A stretch of 64,000 bases of DNA from Minisyncoccota bacterium (GTDB lineage: Bacteria; Patescibacteriota; Minisyncoccia; Phycocordibacterales; Zambryskibacteraceae), in contig DATDVZ010000009.1 of the NCBI GenBank assembly GCA_036517475.1, positions 14,524-78,523 of the forward strand, given 5' to 3'. Under the pieces are notes generated by a model that was not told the DNA's origin, ran no database searches, and saw only the letters and a program-made list of their open reading frames with translations. The position numbers and the translations under genes were made by a program. This document shows positions 16,958-25,807 of this stretch, one piece after another. Position 1 is the stretch's first letter. Each line of letters begins with the position of its first letter.

Positions 16958-17011
16958 TAATTTTTAGGGTTATTTTTATCTTAGAATTTTGCTCTATCAA
17001 AGGAGAAGACA

Positions 17012-17926
17012 TTGCTGACAGAAACCCAGTTACAGTTAATGGTAAGAATGTTGAGGGAAACAATTAGAAACGGCGGTAAAATCCGAGTCTTTGGCTGGCG
17101 CGATAAAAGTCACGATGAAATGACAAGAGCCTTTGAAAGATCTGGTATTGTTTTTACGAACGTAAGGCCCATTTCAGCAAATGCTAGAGATTACTGGCTC
17201 CTAACTGAGCAAAGTAATAAATCCGCATTACGTTCTTTGCAAAGTAAGGGTGCGCGAGTAAGTTCCTTCATTCTTAATACTGCAGTAATAAAACAACTTT
17301 TGAGCCATCTGATGGATTTACTTTCCCTGCAGGAGCAAAAGAAAGCTGAACAGGCTCGTCATAGGGTGGAACTAGCGGGAGCTCAAGGTAAAAGAGAACC
17401 GAAAGTACTATCTCCTCCAGGAGAGAAAGTGGGAATAATGAACATATCAAGAGGAACTGCCTTTACAGATACAGACAGGAATTTTATCAACGAATTCTTC
17501 AGAGCAGTTGGTAAAAATCTGGTAGGAACATTAACAAGAGTTGAATCAGCTAGAATTACCAGAAAGTACTATGGACCCAAAACAAATCCAAGCCAAATGA
17601 AAAGTTTGCTTGAAGGTGTCAAAAAGGAAGGTGGTAAAAGAATTGGCAATTATAAGCTGACGAGAAGTGCATTGGAATTTGTTTCATCTCCAGATATTGA
17701 ACCGACTGATCGCCTTGAAAAGCTTCGCTGGCTGATTTCACGCAGAGAATCTCTACTTTATAGGCGTAAAGAGATTACTGAAAGAAGTAATACCCAAGTC
17801 GCAGAACTTGATCAAAGGCGGCAACAGATAATCTCGGACAGAGACGATGAAATCAATAAGATAGATTTTGAACTTGAAAGAGCGAATGAAGCAGAGAAGT
17901 TGCTTGAACAAATCGATAAAATCTGA
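17012..17926 (+). CDS. Hypothetical protein with C-terminal coiled coil (304 aa; TTG start in the ORF track)
   Basis: SD aaaggagaagacaTTG. TTGACA promoter immediately after the previous terminator. Terminator at 17934-17963. Confidence 0.5.
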   Translation: MLTETQLQLMVRMLRETIRNGGKIRVFGWRDKSHDEMTRAFERSGIVFTNVRPISANARDYWLLTEQSNKSALRSLQSKGARVSSFILNTAVIKQLLSHLMDLLSLQEQKKAEQARHRVELAGAQGKREPKVLSPPGEKVGIMNISRGTAFTDTDRNFINEFFRAVGKNLVGTLTRVESARITRKYYGPKTNPSQMKSLLEGVKKEGGKRIGNYKLTRSALEFVSSPDIEPTDRLEKLRWLISRRESLLYRRKEITERSNTQVAELDQRRQQIISDRDDEINKIDFELERANEAEKLLEQIDKI

Positions 17927-17933
17927 GTATGGT

Positions 17934-17963
17934 GCGCCCTGATACATATCAGGGTGCTTTTTT
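17934..17963 (+). terminator. Rho-independent terminator GCGCCCTGATA-cat-ATCAGGGTGC followed by TTTTTT
   Basis: GC-rich stem and T-run. Confidence 0.75.
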
Positions 17964-18021
17964 GTCCAAATTTTCCCAAGAAAACTTTTGGCGAATATTA
18001 AATGTGTTAGAATAGCTCTTT

Positions 18022-18873
18022 ATGTTTTTCAAGCAAAAAAAAAATATTGCTTTTATAATTTTTCTTCTGATAGCGGGCCTAGGTTTTTTGGGTTGGAAAT
18101 ACTGGCAACTATCAAAAGAAAATAATTTTATTCAGAACACTTTGAGTGAAAAAGAAAGTGCATTATTGCAGACAGGTCATGAAAATACGGATTTGATTTA
18201 TAGACTTGAAACGGAAAAACAAAGAAATGATTCATTTGCATATCAAATCGAAGAGATTGCTGGGACAGTGGGAATTCTTAAGAAATTAAAAGAGACAGAC
18301 GAAGAACTATTACAAAAATACTCAAAAATTTATTTTTTGAATGAAAATTATATCCCCTCTTCTCTTTCAGAAATTGACGAAAACAACACTTTTGGATCAA
18401 GGATAGTAAGAGTGCATGCCAAAATTGAACCTTTTCTAAATAATCTTATACAGGCTGCAAAATCAGATGAAATGAATTTACTTGTAATTTCCGGATACAG
18501 ATCTTTCAATGAACAAAATGTTCTCAAAGATAGTTATGCCTTTACATACGGATCAGGTGCAAATAAATTCTCAGCAGACCAGGGGTACTCTGAACACCAG
18601 TTAGGTACTACAATTGACTTTACAACTTTGAAAGTGGCTGATACTTTCTCCGGTTTTTCCAAGACTCCAGAATTCAAATGGCTTCAAGAAAACGCTTATA
18701 AATACGGCTTTATTCTCTCCTACCCTGAGGGTAATAGTTATTATCAGTTTGAACCGTGGCACTGGAGATTTGTCGGCACGGCTCTTGCCAAAACTCTACA
18801 TGAAGAAGGCAAAAATTTCTATGATCTAGACCAGCGTGAAATAGACAAACACCTCGTCAATATTTTTGATTAA
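18022..18873 (+). CDS. Membrane-anchored D-alanyl-D-alanine carboxypeptidase, VanY/peptidase M15B family
   Basis: N-terminal TM segment. ISGYRS, SEHQLGTTIDF and EPWHWRF are the zinc-ligand motifs of the VanY/M15B family. Confidence 0.8.
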   Translation: MFFKQKKNIAFIIFLLIAGLGFLGWKYWQLSKENNFIQNTLSEKESALLQTGHENTDLIYRLETEKQRNDSFAYQIEEIAGTVGILKKLKETDEELLQKYSKIYFLNENYIPSSLSEIDENNTFGSRIVRVHAKIEPFLNNLIQAAKSDEMNLLVISGYRSFNEQNVLKDSYAFTYGSGANKFSADQGYSEHQLGTTIDFTTLKVADTFSGFSKTPEFKWLQENAYKYGFILSYPEGNSYYQFEPWHWRFVGTALAKTLHEEGKNFYDLDQREIDKHLVNIFD

Positions 18874-18936
18874 CTAAAGTTTGACACAGAAAATTAGCTG
18901 AGTAGGATAAACACCGGAAACCACAAAGGAGAAAGA

Positions 18937-19401
18937 ATGCACGCCACGAAGCATGCCGCAAACTCCGCTGAACAATTTGGTGGAAAACCCGAAGATTACA
19001 TTGAAATCCATAAGTTCTTGGATTCAAGTAAAAGTCATATGAACGATGCGAGGCACCGTACTCTGACGCACAACTCGTGGTTTATCAGAGAGGTTGTACC
19101 CTTGAAGTTCGGTGATTTCATCACCAACTCGGATGGACACAAGGTTTCAGTGGTAGATATTGCGGAGCGACATGTGCTTGAAGATTACGATATGCTTTTT
19201 GTACCGACTCTTCAGGACTTTCTTTCTTCAATGACTATTGAGGATTGGATGGATAATGCCAGAGGAGGAGCTCTCCCTCCAAGCAGAGCAAAGGTTGGTA
19301 ATAAAGTTGAAGTACCTTCAGTGCCTTCTGTAACTCCTAGACCTCAGGGTTGGGAACATAGACCGCACGCAGGTCGGGCAGGAAAAGGAATATTGGATTA
19401 A
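18937..19401 (+). CDS. Hypothetical protein (154 aa), GC-richer than its flanks
   Basis: SD aaaggagaaagaATG. The terminator ccaccattaaggtgg followed by TTTTTT comes after the stop. Confidence 0.55.
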   Translation: MHATKHAANSAEQFGGKPEDYIEIHKFLDSSKSHMNDARHRTLTHNSWFIREVVPLKFGDFITNSDGHKVSVVDIAERHVLEDYDMLFVPTLQDFLSSMTIEDWMDNARGGALPPSRAKVGNKVEVPSVPSVTPRPQGWEHRPHAGRAGKGILD

Positions 19402-19512
19402 AGATACTGCCACCATTAAGGTGGTTTTTTATTTTCTTAAATAAAGTAATAGTAAAATTATCAAATCAATTATTTATTATTTGTTAATTCGAACGAATTA
19501 ACAAATAATGAT

Positions 19513-20058
19513 TTATTTAAATTTGTTTTTTAAAAGATCGGCAAATTCTTTTTGTACTTTTTGAAGTTTTGGGTTTATGACAATTTCGCAATACGGACTG
19601 TTTTGATTGTTTTCATAAAAATCCCTATGGTAATTTTCTGCCTCGTAAAATTTTGTAAGGGGTTCAAGTTCGGTAACTATGGGCTTGCCGGATTTACTTG
19701 ATTCATTCAGTTCTTTAATAAAATTCTTTGCATTCTCTTTCTGCTTTTCATTAGTATAAAAAATTACAGAGCGATATTCGGTTCCAATATCAGCCCCCTG
19801 CCTATTTAGAGTTGTTGGGTCATGTGAGGCAAATAGAACAGTAAGCAAGTCTCTATAAGTGATTTGCTCTGGATCATATTCAATATAAATTACTTCAGCG
19901 TGTCCTGTGTTACCACTATAAACTTGTTCGGATGTCGGATTCTCCACCGTACCGCCCGCATATCCAGGTAAAACTTTTTCAACTCCTCTTAACATTTTAA
20001 AAACCGCCTCCGTGCACCAGAAGCAACCACCTCCGAAAACAGCGATTTCATTTTTCAT
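19513..20058 (-). CDS. msrA: Peptide methionine sulfoxide reductase MsrA
   Basis: The active site GGGCFWC and the MsrA fold signature are present. Confidence 0.92.
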   Translation of the reverse strand: MKNEIAVFGGGCFWCTEAVFKMLRGVEKVLPGYAGGTVENPTSEQVYSGNTGHAEVIYIEYDPEQITYRDLLTVLFASHDPTTLNRQGADIGTEYRSVIFYTNEKQKENAKNFIKELNESSKSGKPIVTELEPLTKFYEAENYHRDFYENNQNSPYCEIVINPKLQKVQKEFADLLKNKFK

Positions 20059-20133
20059 TTTTAAATTATAACATTGACACTATATAATTTTCTGCTAATT
20101 TAATTCTAGAGTTCTAGTTATGGGGGTATAATA

Positions 20134-20328
20134 ATGAAAATCTGCCCAGAGAGGATGCAAAAGGATTTATCTGAAGCAGCTCAACTCAAAGGTTGGCCAA
20201 TTGAAGATGCTTGGCAAAAAGTAATTAAAGTAGCGACAATACTCCAAATTCCTCCTGAAGAAGCTCTAGCTTTTATTCTGGAAAATGCAAAAGTAATGAA
20301 GAGGCTTGAAACCCAAGCGAACCAATAA
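20134..20328 (+). CDS. Small hypothetical protein (64 aa)
   Basis: GGGGGT SD-like element 6 nt upstream. The hairpin CGAACC-aataa-GGTTCG followed by T7 comes after the stop. Confidence 0.45.
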   Translation: MKICPERMQKDLSEAAQLKGWPIEDAWQKVIKVATILQIPPEEALAFILENAKVMKRLETQANQ

Positions 20329-20472
20329 GGTTCGTTTTTTTATTTATTTGACAGGATTCACCCTGTCGAATCCTGCTTTGCAGGAACTCCATAAAATGGA
20401 GTTATTTGACAGGGTGAACTCTAGTTCACTATAATATTAACCTACAACTTACAACCAACAACTAACTACAGA

Positions 20473-21738
20473 ATGCCGAAACTTTTGTCTATAAGAAATC
20501 TGCCGAAAGCTATTCTTCATATTGATGGAGACTCATTTTTTGTAGCAGTTGAAGTTTCAAAAAATCCCAAATTGCGAGGTAAACCAGTCGTGACGGGAGA
20601 GGAGAGAGGAATTGCCTCTGCCCTATCATATGAAGCAAAGGCTCTCGGGCTCATCCGTGGCACGCCAATTTACCAAATCCGCAAAAAATTTCCGCAGGTC
20701 ATAGTACTACCGGGAGATTATGAAAGTTATGAAATCTATTCGCAAAAAATGTTTGACATCGTACGCCGATATACAGACACAGTGGAAGAATATTCAATTG
20801 ATGAATGCTTTGCGGATTTAACCGGCTGGCGCAAGCCCTTAAAAATGACATATTTGCAAATTCTAGAAAATGTAAAGAAAGATATTCGCAATGAATTAGA
20901 CATTAGTGTCTCGGCAGGCCTTGCACCAAACAAAGTTCTGGCAAAAGTTGCTTCTAATTGGCAAAAACCTGACGGTCTTACAATAATTCCGGGCCGCCTA
21001 TCTCATAAATATTTACAGAAAACTGCCATAGAAAAAATCTGGGGAATTGGGCCAAATACGTCAGAATTCTTGAAGAAAAAAGGAATTAAAACTGCATATG
21101 ATTTTGCAATTAAAGATGAGAATTGGGTAAAAAATAACCTTACAAAACCATTTTTTGAAATTTGGGGGGAACTTAACTGCCAAGAGGTTTACAAAATTAA
21201 TCCAATACCTAAGGAAACTTACGCCTCAATACAAAAGACTAGAACTTTTACTCCCCCATCATCTGACAGATCATTTTTAATTTCTGCTCTTTCAAAAAAC
21301 CTGGAGGAAGCCTGCGCCAAAGCAAGGGCGTATAACCTAGCAGCTAAAAAAATTTCATTTTTCCTTAAAACCCAAAGTTTCTCCTTTCGCACTTCACTGA
21401 TTACATTTGATTCTCTACTTAACTTGCCGGAGATGATAATGCCTGCCATAAGAGAAGAATTTGACAAGATTTATGTAAAAAGTGAACTGTATAGGACTAC
21501 TGGGGTTATTCTTCAGGATTTAACCGATCAGAAAATTTCACAGCTTGATTTATTCGGCGAAAACGAAAAACAAGAAAAATTCAAAGTAATACATGAACAA
21601 ATTGATAATTTGCAGGCAAAACATGGAAATAAAATAGTGCATCTGGCATCTACTAACACTGCCCTAATCCGCCAACTGGCGGATAAAAGAAGCGGGACTG
21701 AAATAAAGAATGATGGAAGAGATCTATTGTTTCTGTAA
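20473..21738 (+). CDS. dinB: Y-family DNA polymerase IV (DinB)
   Basis: ILHIDGDSFFVAVE has the catalytic Asp residues, and SIDECFADLTG, together with the little-finger region, matches the Y-family. Confidence 0.9.
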   Translation: MPKLLSIRNLPKAILHIDGDSFFVAVEVSKNPKLRGKPVVTGEERGIASALSYEAKALGLIRGTPIYQIRKKFPQVIVLPGDYESYEIYSQKMFDIVRRYTDTVEEYSIDECFADLTGWRKPLKMTYLQILENVKKDIRNELDISVSAGLAPNKVLAKVASNWQKPDGLTIIPGRLSHKYLQKTAIEKIWGIGPNTSEFLKKKGIKTAYDFAIKDENWVKNNLTKPFFEIWGELNCQEVYKINPIPKETYASIQKTRTFTPPSSDRSFLISALSKNLEEACAKARAYNLAAKKISFFLKTQSFSFRTSLITFDSLLNLPEMIMPAIREEFDKIYVKSELYRTTGVILQDLTDQKISQLDLFGENEKQEKFKVIHEQIDNLQAKHGNKIVHLASTNTALIRQLADKRSGTEIKNDGRDLLFL

Positions 21739-21742
21739 ACAA

Positions 21743-21945
21743 CTTATCCACTAGCGAGCGAATATTCCTTTTAAAAAATCTTGCAAAGCGCTTGGGCGCA
21801 AGCAAAGAAATTTTCAGCAGAAAATTATGCGGACTTTTCCGATTATCCACTAGCGAGCGAATATTATTTCGGAAAAGGCTACGGAGTATGACGATACGAG
21901 TCTTGAGCAAATTTTCAGCAGAAAATTATGCGGACTTTTCCGAAA
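21743..21945. repeat. Two tandem ~100-bp direct repeats with conserved 23-nt and 35-nt ends and divergent centres
   Basis: ttatccactagcgagcgaatatt ... aaattttcagcagaaaattatgcggacttttccga occurs twice (units about 21743-21842 and 21843-21945). Confidence 0.6.
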
Positions 21946-21959
21946 TAATACGAGCGAGC

Positions 21960-22137
21960 CTTCATCCCGTTAGAGATAGGAAACGCTTCAATATATTGGC
22001 GATGTGTTACTAAAGTTATCTTGTTTAAGGCGTTTCCGTGAATATTTAATGATATCAGTTTATTAATCTCTATTTTTATTACTTCGTGTTATAGATGATA
22101 ATCTATAACAATGTAATCTCTAACGGGATTCATGAAG
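21960..22137. mobile_element. MITE-like segment, copy B (cttcatcccgttagagatag ... taatctctaacgggattcatgaag)
   Basis: The 19-20 nt termini are identical to the termini of 2741-2945 but in swapped order. AGCCTTCAT is present at both outer flanks. Confidence 0.45.
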
Positions 22138-22320
22138 CCTTCATCTTCATAAAAGGACAATTAGGTATAGAATTATTGGTAAAATCATAAATATGAGTCC
22201 CATACGAAGCCGCGGTCACGGTTTCAAAAAGGGACTAAATCAAATAGACAATAGTCGGCACACTTAATAATAATTTATTTAAAAGCAGATTTTGTTGACC
22301 GCGACCTGCTTCGTAACAGG

Positions 22321-22995
22321 ATGAGAATTTTATTGGTAGAAGATGAAGAAAAGCTTGCCAATACTTTAGCCAAAGGGCTGGAGCAAAAGGGATATGCTGT
22401 GGACGTGATTTATGAAGGCGATAAGGCTTTTGATAGAATCTCACTAAATCACATTGATTACGACTTAATAATTCTTGATCTAATGCTTCCCGGAAAAGAT
22501 GGGGCCACCATTACAAAAGAAGTAAGAGCCAGAGACATCACAGTGCCCATATTAATCCTTACTGCCAGAGATGAGACTGAAAATAAGGTTGATCTTCTTT
22601 TATCCGGCGCGGATGACTACCTCGTAAAACCCTTTTCATTTGACGAATTAAACGCCAGAATTACTGCACTTCTGCGCCGGCCGGAAAATATGGTATCTAC
22701 TGTTCTTCAGATTCGTGATATAAAATTAAATCCCGCCGAAAGAGTGGTAACTAGGGGCGATGTTGTTATTCCTCTTACATTAAAAGAATTCGGCTTACTG
22801 GAGCATTTTATGCGCAATCCAAACAAGGTAATTAACCGTGAGGAGCTCCTAAGCCACCTGTGGGATTTTAATTACGATTCATTCAGCAATGTCGTCGATG
22901 TTCACGTTAAAAACCTTAGAAGAAAGCTCGATTATTCAGACCGCGAAAATATACTTGAAACGGTTCGCGGCGTGGGTTACCGGCTTAAGGAATAA
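22321..22995 (+). CDS. OmpR-family two-component response regulator
   Basis: Receiver domain (LVEDEE, DLIILDLMLPGKDG) plus a winged-helix output domain (VHVKNLRRKL, GVGYRL). Confidence 0.9.
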   Translation: MRILLVEDEEKLANTLAKGLEQKGYAVDVIYEGDKAFDRISLNHIDYDLIILDLMLPGKDGATITKEVRARDITVPILILTARDETENKVDLLLSGADDYLVKPFSFDELNARITALLRRPENMVSTVLQIRDIKLNPAERVVTRGDVVIPLTLKEFGLLEHFMRNPNKVINREELLSHLWDFNYDSFSNVVDVHVKNLRRKLDYSDRENILETVRGVGYRLKE

Positions 22996-23014
22996 ATACA
23001 GAACGGACGCATTT

Positions 23015-24064
23015 TTGCGCACTGAAGTAAACTTAATTGCTCTTAAGCTCCTTTTTGCACTCTCACTTCTGCTTATAATCGCGATTGATTTCAACCATCT
23101 CTATAAAAATGTCACTTATACTATTATTGGTGACATAAGTGATAGTATAAAAAGTGGAAGTTTCACAAGTTTGACCGCAGAACAAATACTAATTTCTGCC
23201 CAAGAAATAAAAAATAGAAATTTTTTTGCAGTCCTAATTTTTACCACACTTGTCACTCTTCTCTTCAGTTATTTTATTTCCAGAGTCACTCTCTCCCCCG
23301 CTCGCAACGCTCTTAAATCACAAAAAAGATTCATAAGTGATGTTGCCCATGAACTTCGTACGCCTATTTCAATAATAAAAACTGACAGCGAGGTAGCACT
23401 CTTTGACAAAGATCTGGATCCGGACACAAGGAAACTGCTTAAAAGCAACATTGAAGAATTAGACAGAGTATCAAATATTATTAACAATCTTTTAAGCCTC
23501 AACAACCTGATAAACCCCGAAAGGATAAGTTTTGGTGGTGTAGATTTAGAACTGGTTATAGATGAGTCAATAAAGAAGCTCGACACGCTGGCAAGAAACA
23601 AAAAAATCGAGATCACCCTTAAAAAGACCCAGCCTTTGATATTATCCGGAAATATAACTGCTTTAGAGCAGATTGTCACAAATATTCTGAAGAATGCAAT
23701 TACCTATACCTCTGCCGGAGGGAAAATTACAATTACCGCTGAACCTGACTTCGGTGGGAATGTGATTTTGACAATAAAAGATAATGGTATAGGAATTGAT
23801 CAAAAAGATTTATATCATATTTTTGAACCTTTTTATCGAGCTGAAAGTTCTCGCAAAAGACACATCGGTGGCTCAAGCGGTCTAGGTCTTACAATAGTCA
23901 GTGAACTGGTAAAACTTCATTCAGGTAAAGTCAGCATAAGAAGCGCAGTCGATAGAGGCACCACCGTCTCAGTTATTTTTCCATACGGTCAAGAATTCTC
24001 TCCTACTGAAAGAAGAAAAGTAAGCGAAGTGTCCTTAAATTTTCTCGACAGAAGGAGTCATTAG
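23015..24064 (+). CDS. Sensor histidine kinase (membrane-anchored, HisKA + HATPase_c); start uncertain (TTG at 23015 or overlapping the RR stop)
   Basis: H-box VAHELRTPIS. N-box NLLKNAITYT. G1 box DNGIGI. G2 box GSSGLGLTIV. Two N-terminal TM segments. Confidence 0.85.
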   Translation: MRTEVNLIALKLLFALSLLLIIAIDFNHLYKNVTYTIIGDISDSIKSGSFTSLTAEQILISAQEIKNRNFFAVLIFTTLVTLLFSYFISRVTLSPARNALKSQKRFISDVAHELRTPISIIKTDSEVALFDKDLDPDTRKLLKSNIEELDRVSNIINNLLSLNNLINPERISFGGVDLELVIDESIKKLDTLARNKKIEITLKKTQPLILSGNITALEQIVTNILKNAITYTSAGGKITITAEPDFGGNVILTIKDNGIGIDQKDLYHIFEPFYRAESSRKRHIGGSSGLGLTIVSELVKLHSGKVSIRSAVDRGTTVSVIFPYGQEFSPTERRKVSEVSLNFLDRRSH

Positions 24065-24437
24065 TTTCACCCAACACCATTTTTAATTAATTTAGTAATT
24101 AATTAAAATAATAAATAAATTATTAGATAAAATTTATAATCCTACATCCATAAAAATAGTGCTGGGTTCATACCTTCTTCATTGAGAGCTGTTAAAATTT
24201 TTACTGGAAACCAGAGCAGTACTCTGGCATTAGAAGTCTAATAAAACACTATGTGATAAAAAGAAATTAAGATGTTTTTATATTGTTAGGAGAAGTGATG
24301 AGGGTCCTGTTTTAAAAGAGCGGGACTCTCATTACTTCTCTTAAACCAAAATTTCAACTCTCTTGTCAGAGTTTTTTTTGTAATTTACCCCGTGAGATAA
24401 TTATCGTTAATATTTATGCCATTGCATTGCGCAATTA

Positions 24438-24465
24438 TATCTCATGGGGTATACCCCGTGAGATA
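24438..24465. promoter_or_regulatory. 28-bp palindrome TATCTCATGGGGTATACCCCGTGAGATA (operator-like) in the 500-bp pilB upstream region
   Basis: Near-perfect dyad. Half-site copies lie at 24386-24399 and 24547-24562, the latter 12 nt before the pilB ATG. A related palindrome lies at 55407-55430 upstream of dnaE. Confidence 0.55.
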
Positions 24466-24573
24466 AAAATCAGTTAGTTATCTGAATGCTTATTTTAAAT
24501 TAAATAATAAAATAATAAATATATATAGGTAGTTATTGCAAATAAATATCTCACGGGGTATATTTTGTTGAAT

Positions 24574-25800
24574 ATGAAAACTACAGTAGGAGAAGACCGC
24601 GTGGAAATTGAGCTAAAAAAGGCTCCGCAAATATCAATAATAGGTCTGATCGACGCACTGATTGAAGATGCAAACGACAAAGGCGCTTCGGATATTCACA
24701 TTGACCCCAATGAAACTGAAATACGTGTCAGATTACGAATTGATGGAGTACTACAAAACGCCTTTAAGTTGCCTCAGAGTATTCATTCTGAAGTTATTTC
24801 AAGAATTAAAATTCTCTCGCGGCTGCGAACAGATGAGCACCAAATGACGCAAGACGGAAGATTCAGGCATATTTTTCTGGACGGGAGTTTTGTTGATGTC
24901 CGTGTTTCAATTGCACCAACTTATTATGGAGAAAATGCGGTGTTAAGGCTTCTTTCCGACAGAGCGGAAAGTTTTACTCTTGAAACACTCGGCTTTAGTC
25001 AAAGTGATCAGGAGAAAATAAAAAAAGCAATGAAGCGTCATGGTGGCATGATTCTTTCCACTGGTCCGACCGGTTCCGGCAAGACCACAACCCTATACAC
25101 AATGGTTAAAATGCTCAACAGAAGCGATATTTCTATTGTCACAATTGAAGATCCTATTGAATACTCAATAACCGGAGTGGAACAGATTCAGGTAAATTTC
25201 CGAACCGGCCTCGCCTTTGCAAGCGGTCTGCGTTCAATTCTAAGGCAGGACCCAAACATAATAATGGTGGGAGAAATAAGAGATGCTGAAACCGCCTCCA
25301 TTTCGGTAAATACCGCACTCACAGGGCACCTGCTTCTTTCAACACTTCATACTAGTGACGCATCCACTACAATACCGCGGCTCTTGGATATGGGAGTAGA
25401 ACCATATTTGGTAGCCTCTACCATAAATATTGCCATTGGACAGAGACTTGTGCGAAAAATCTGCAATCACTGCAAGGAAAAGAGCATTGTTTCAGAATCG
25501 GTCTTAAAAAGTTTTGAAAACTCCCAGCTTTCAAAATATCTCAAAATTGGCGATGTAATTTACAGCGGAAAAGGATGTGAAAAGTGCAATAGCAGCGGCT
25601 ATTCGGGAAGAATTTCCATTAACGAGGTATTGGTTGCTGACGATGAAATCCGCGAGGCTATTTTGCATAAAGCTCAGTCAACTGAGTTAAGAAAGATTGC
25701 TACAAAAAACGGCATGCGAACAATGCTTGAAGACGGTTATAACAAATGTCTGGAGGGAAAAACAACAATAGAGGAAGTTCTAAGGGTAATCCACGAATAA
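24574..25800 (+). CDS. pilB: Type IV pilus/type II secretion assembly ATPase (PilB/GspE family)
   Basis: Walker A GPTGSGKTTT, Asp box, Walker B and His box are present, with the tetracysteine CNHC...CEKC of the GspE/PilB family. Confidence 0.9.
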   Translation: MKTTVGEDRVEIELKKAPQISIIGLIDALIEDANDKGASDIHIDPNETEIRVRLRIDGVLQNAFKLPQSIHSEVISRIKILSRLRTDEHQMTQDGRFRHIFLDGSFVDVRVSIAPTYYGENAVLRLLSDRAESFTLETLGFSQSDQEKIKKAMKRHGGMILSTGPTGSGKTTTLYTMVKMLNRSDISIVTIEDPIEYSITGVEQIQVNFRTGLAFASGLRSILRQDPNIIMVGEIRDAETASISVNTALTGHLLLSTLHTSDASTTIPRLLDMGVEPYLVASTINIAIGQRLVRKICNHCKEKSIVSESVLKSFENSQLSKYLKIGDVIYSGKGCEKCNSSGYSGRISINEVLVADDEIREAILHKAQSTELRKIATKNGMRTMLEDGYNKCLEGKTTIEEVLRVIHE

Positions 25801-25807
25801 ACCACTG

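Noticed and set aside
20330-20350. CGAACC-N5-GGTTCG as a LexA (Cheo) box upstream of dinB
   Set aside because: The spacer is 7 nt, not 4, and it is followed by a T7 run. It is the terminator of the preceding small ORF.
21743-21945. Possible CRISPR array
   Set aside because: Only two units are present. The conserved blocks are two different sequences (23 nt and 35 nt) rather than one repeat. No cas1/cas2 is nearby; the Cas2-like and Cas4-like genes elsewhere in the window are not adjacent to any repeat array.
24565-24573. TTG start for pilB as given in the ORF track
   Set aside because: An in-frame ATG three codons downstream (24574) gives the conserved MKTT… start. The TTG lies inside the palindromic promoter half-site.
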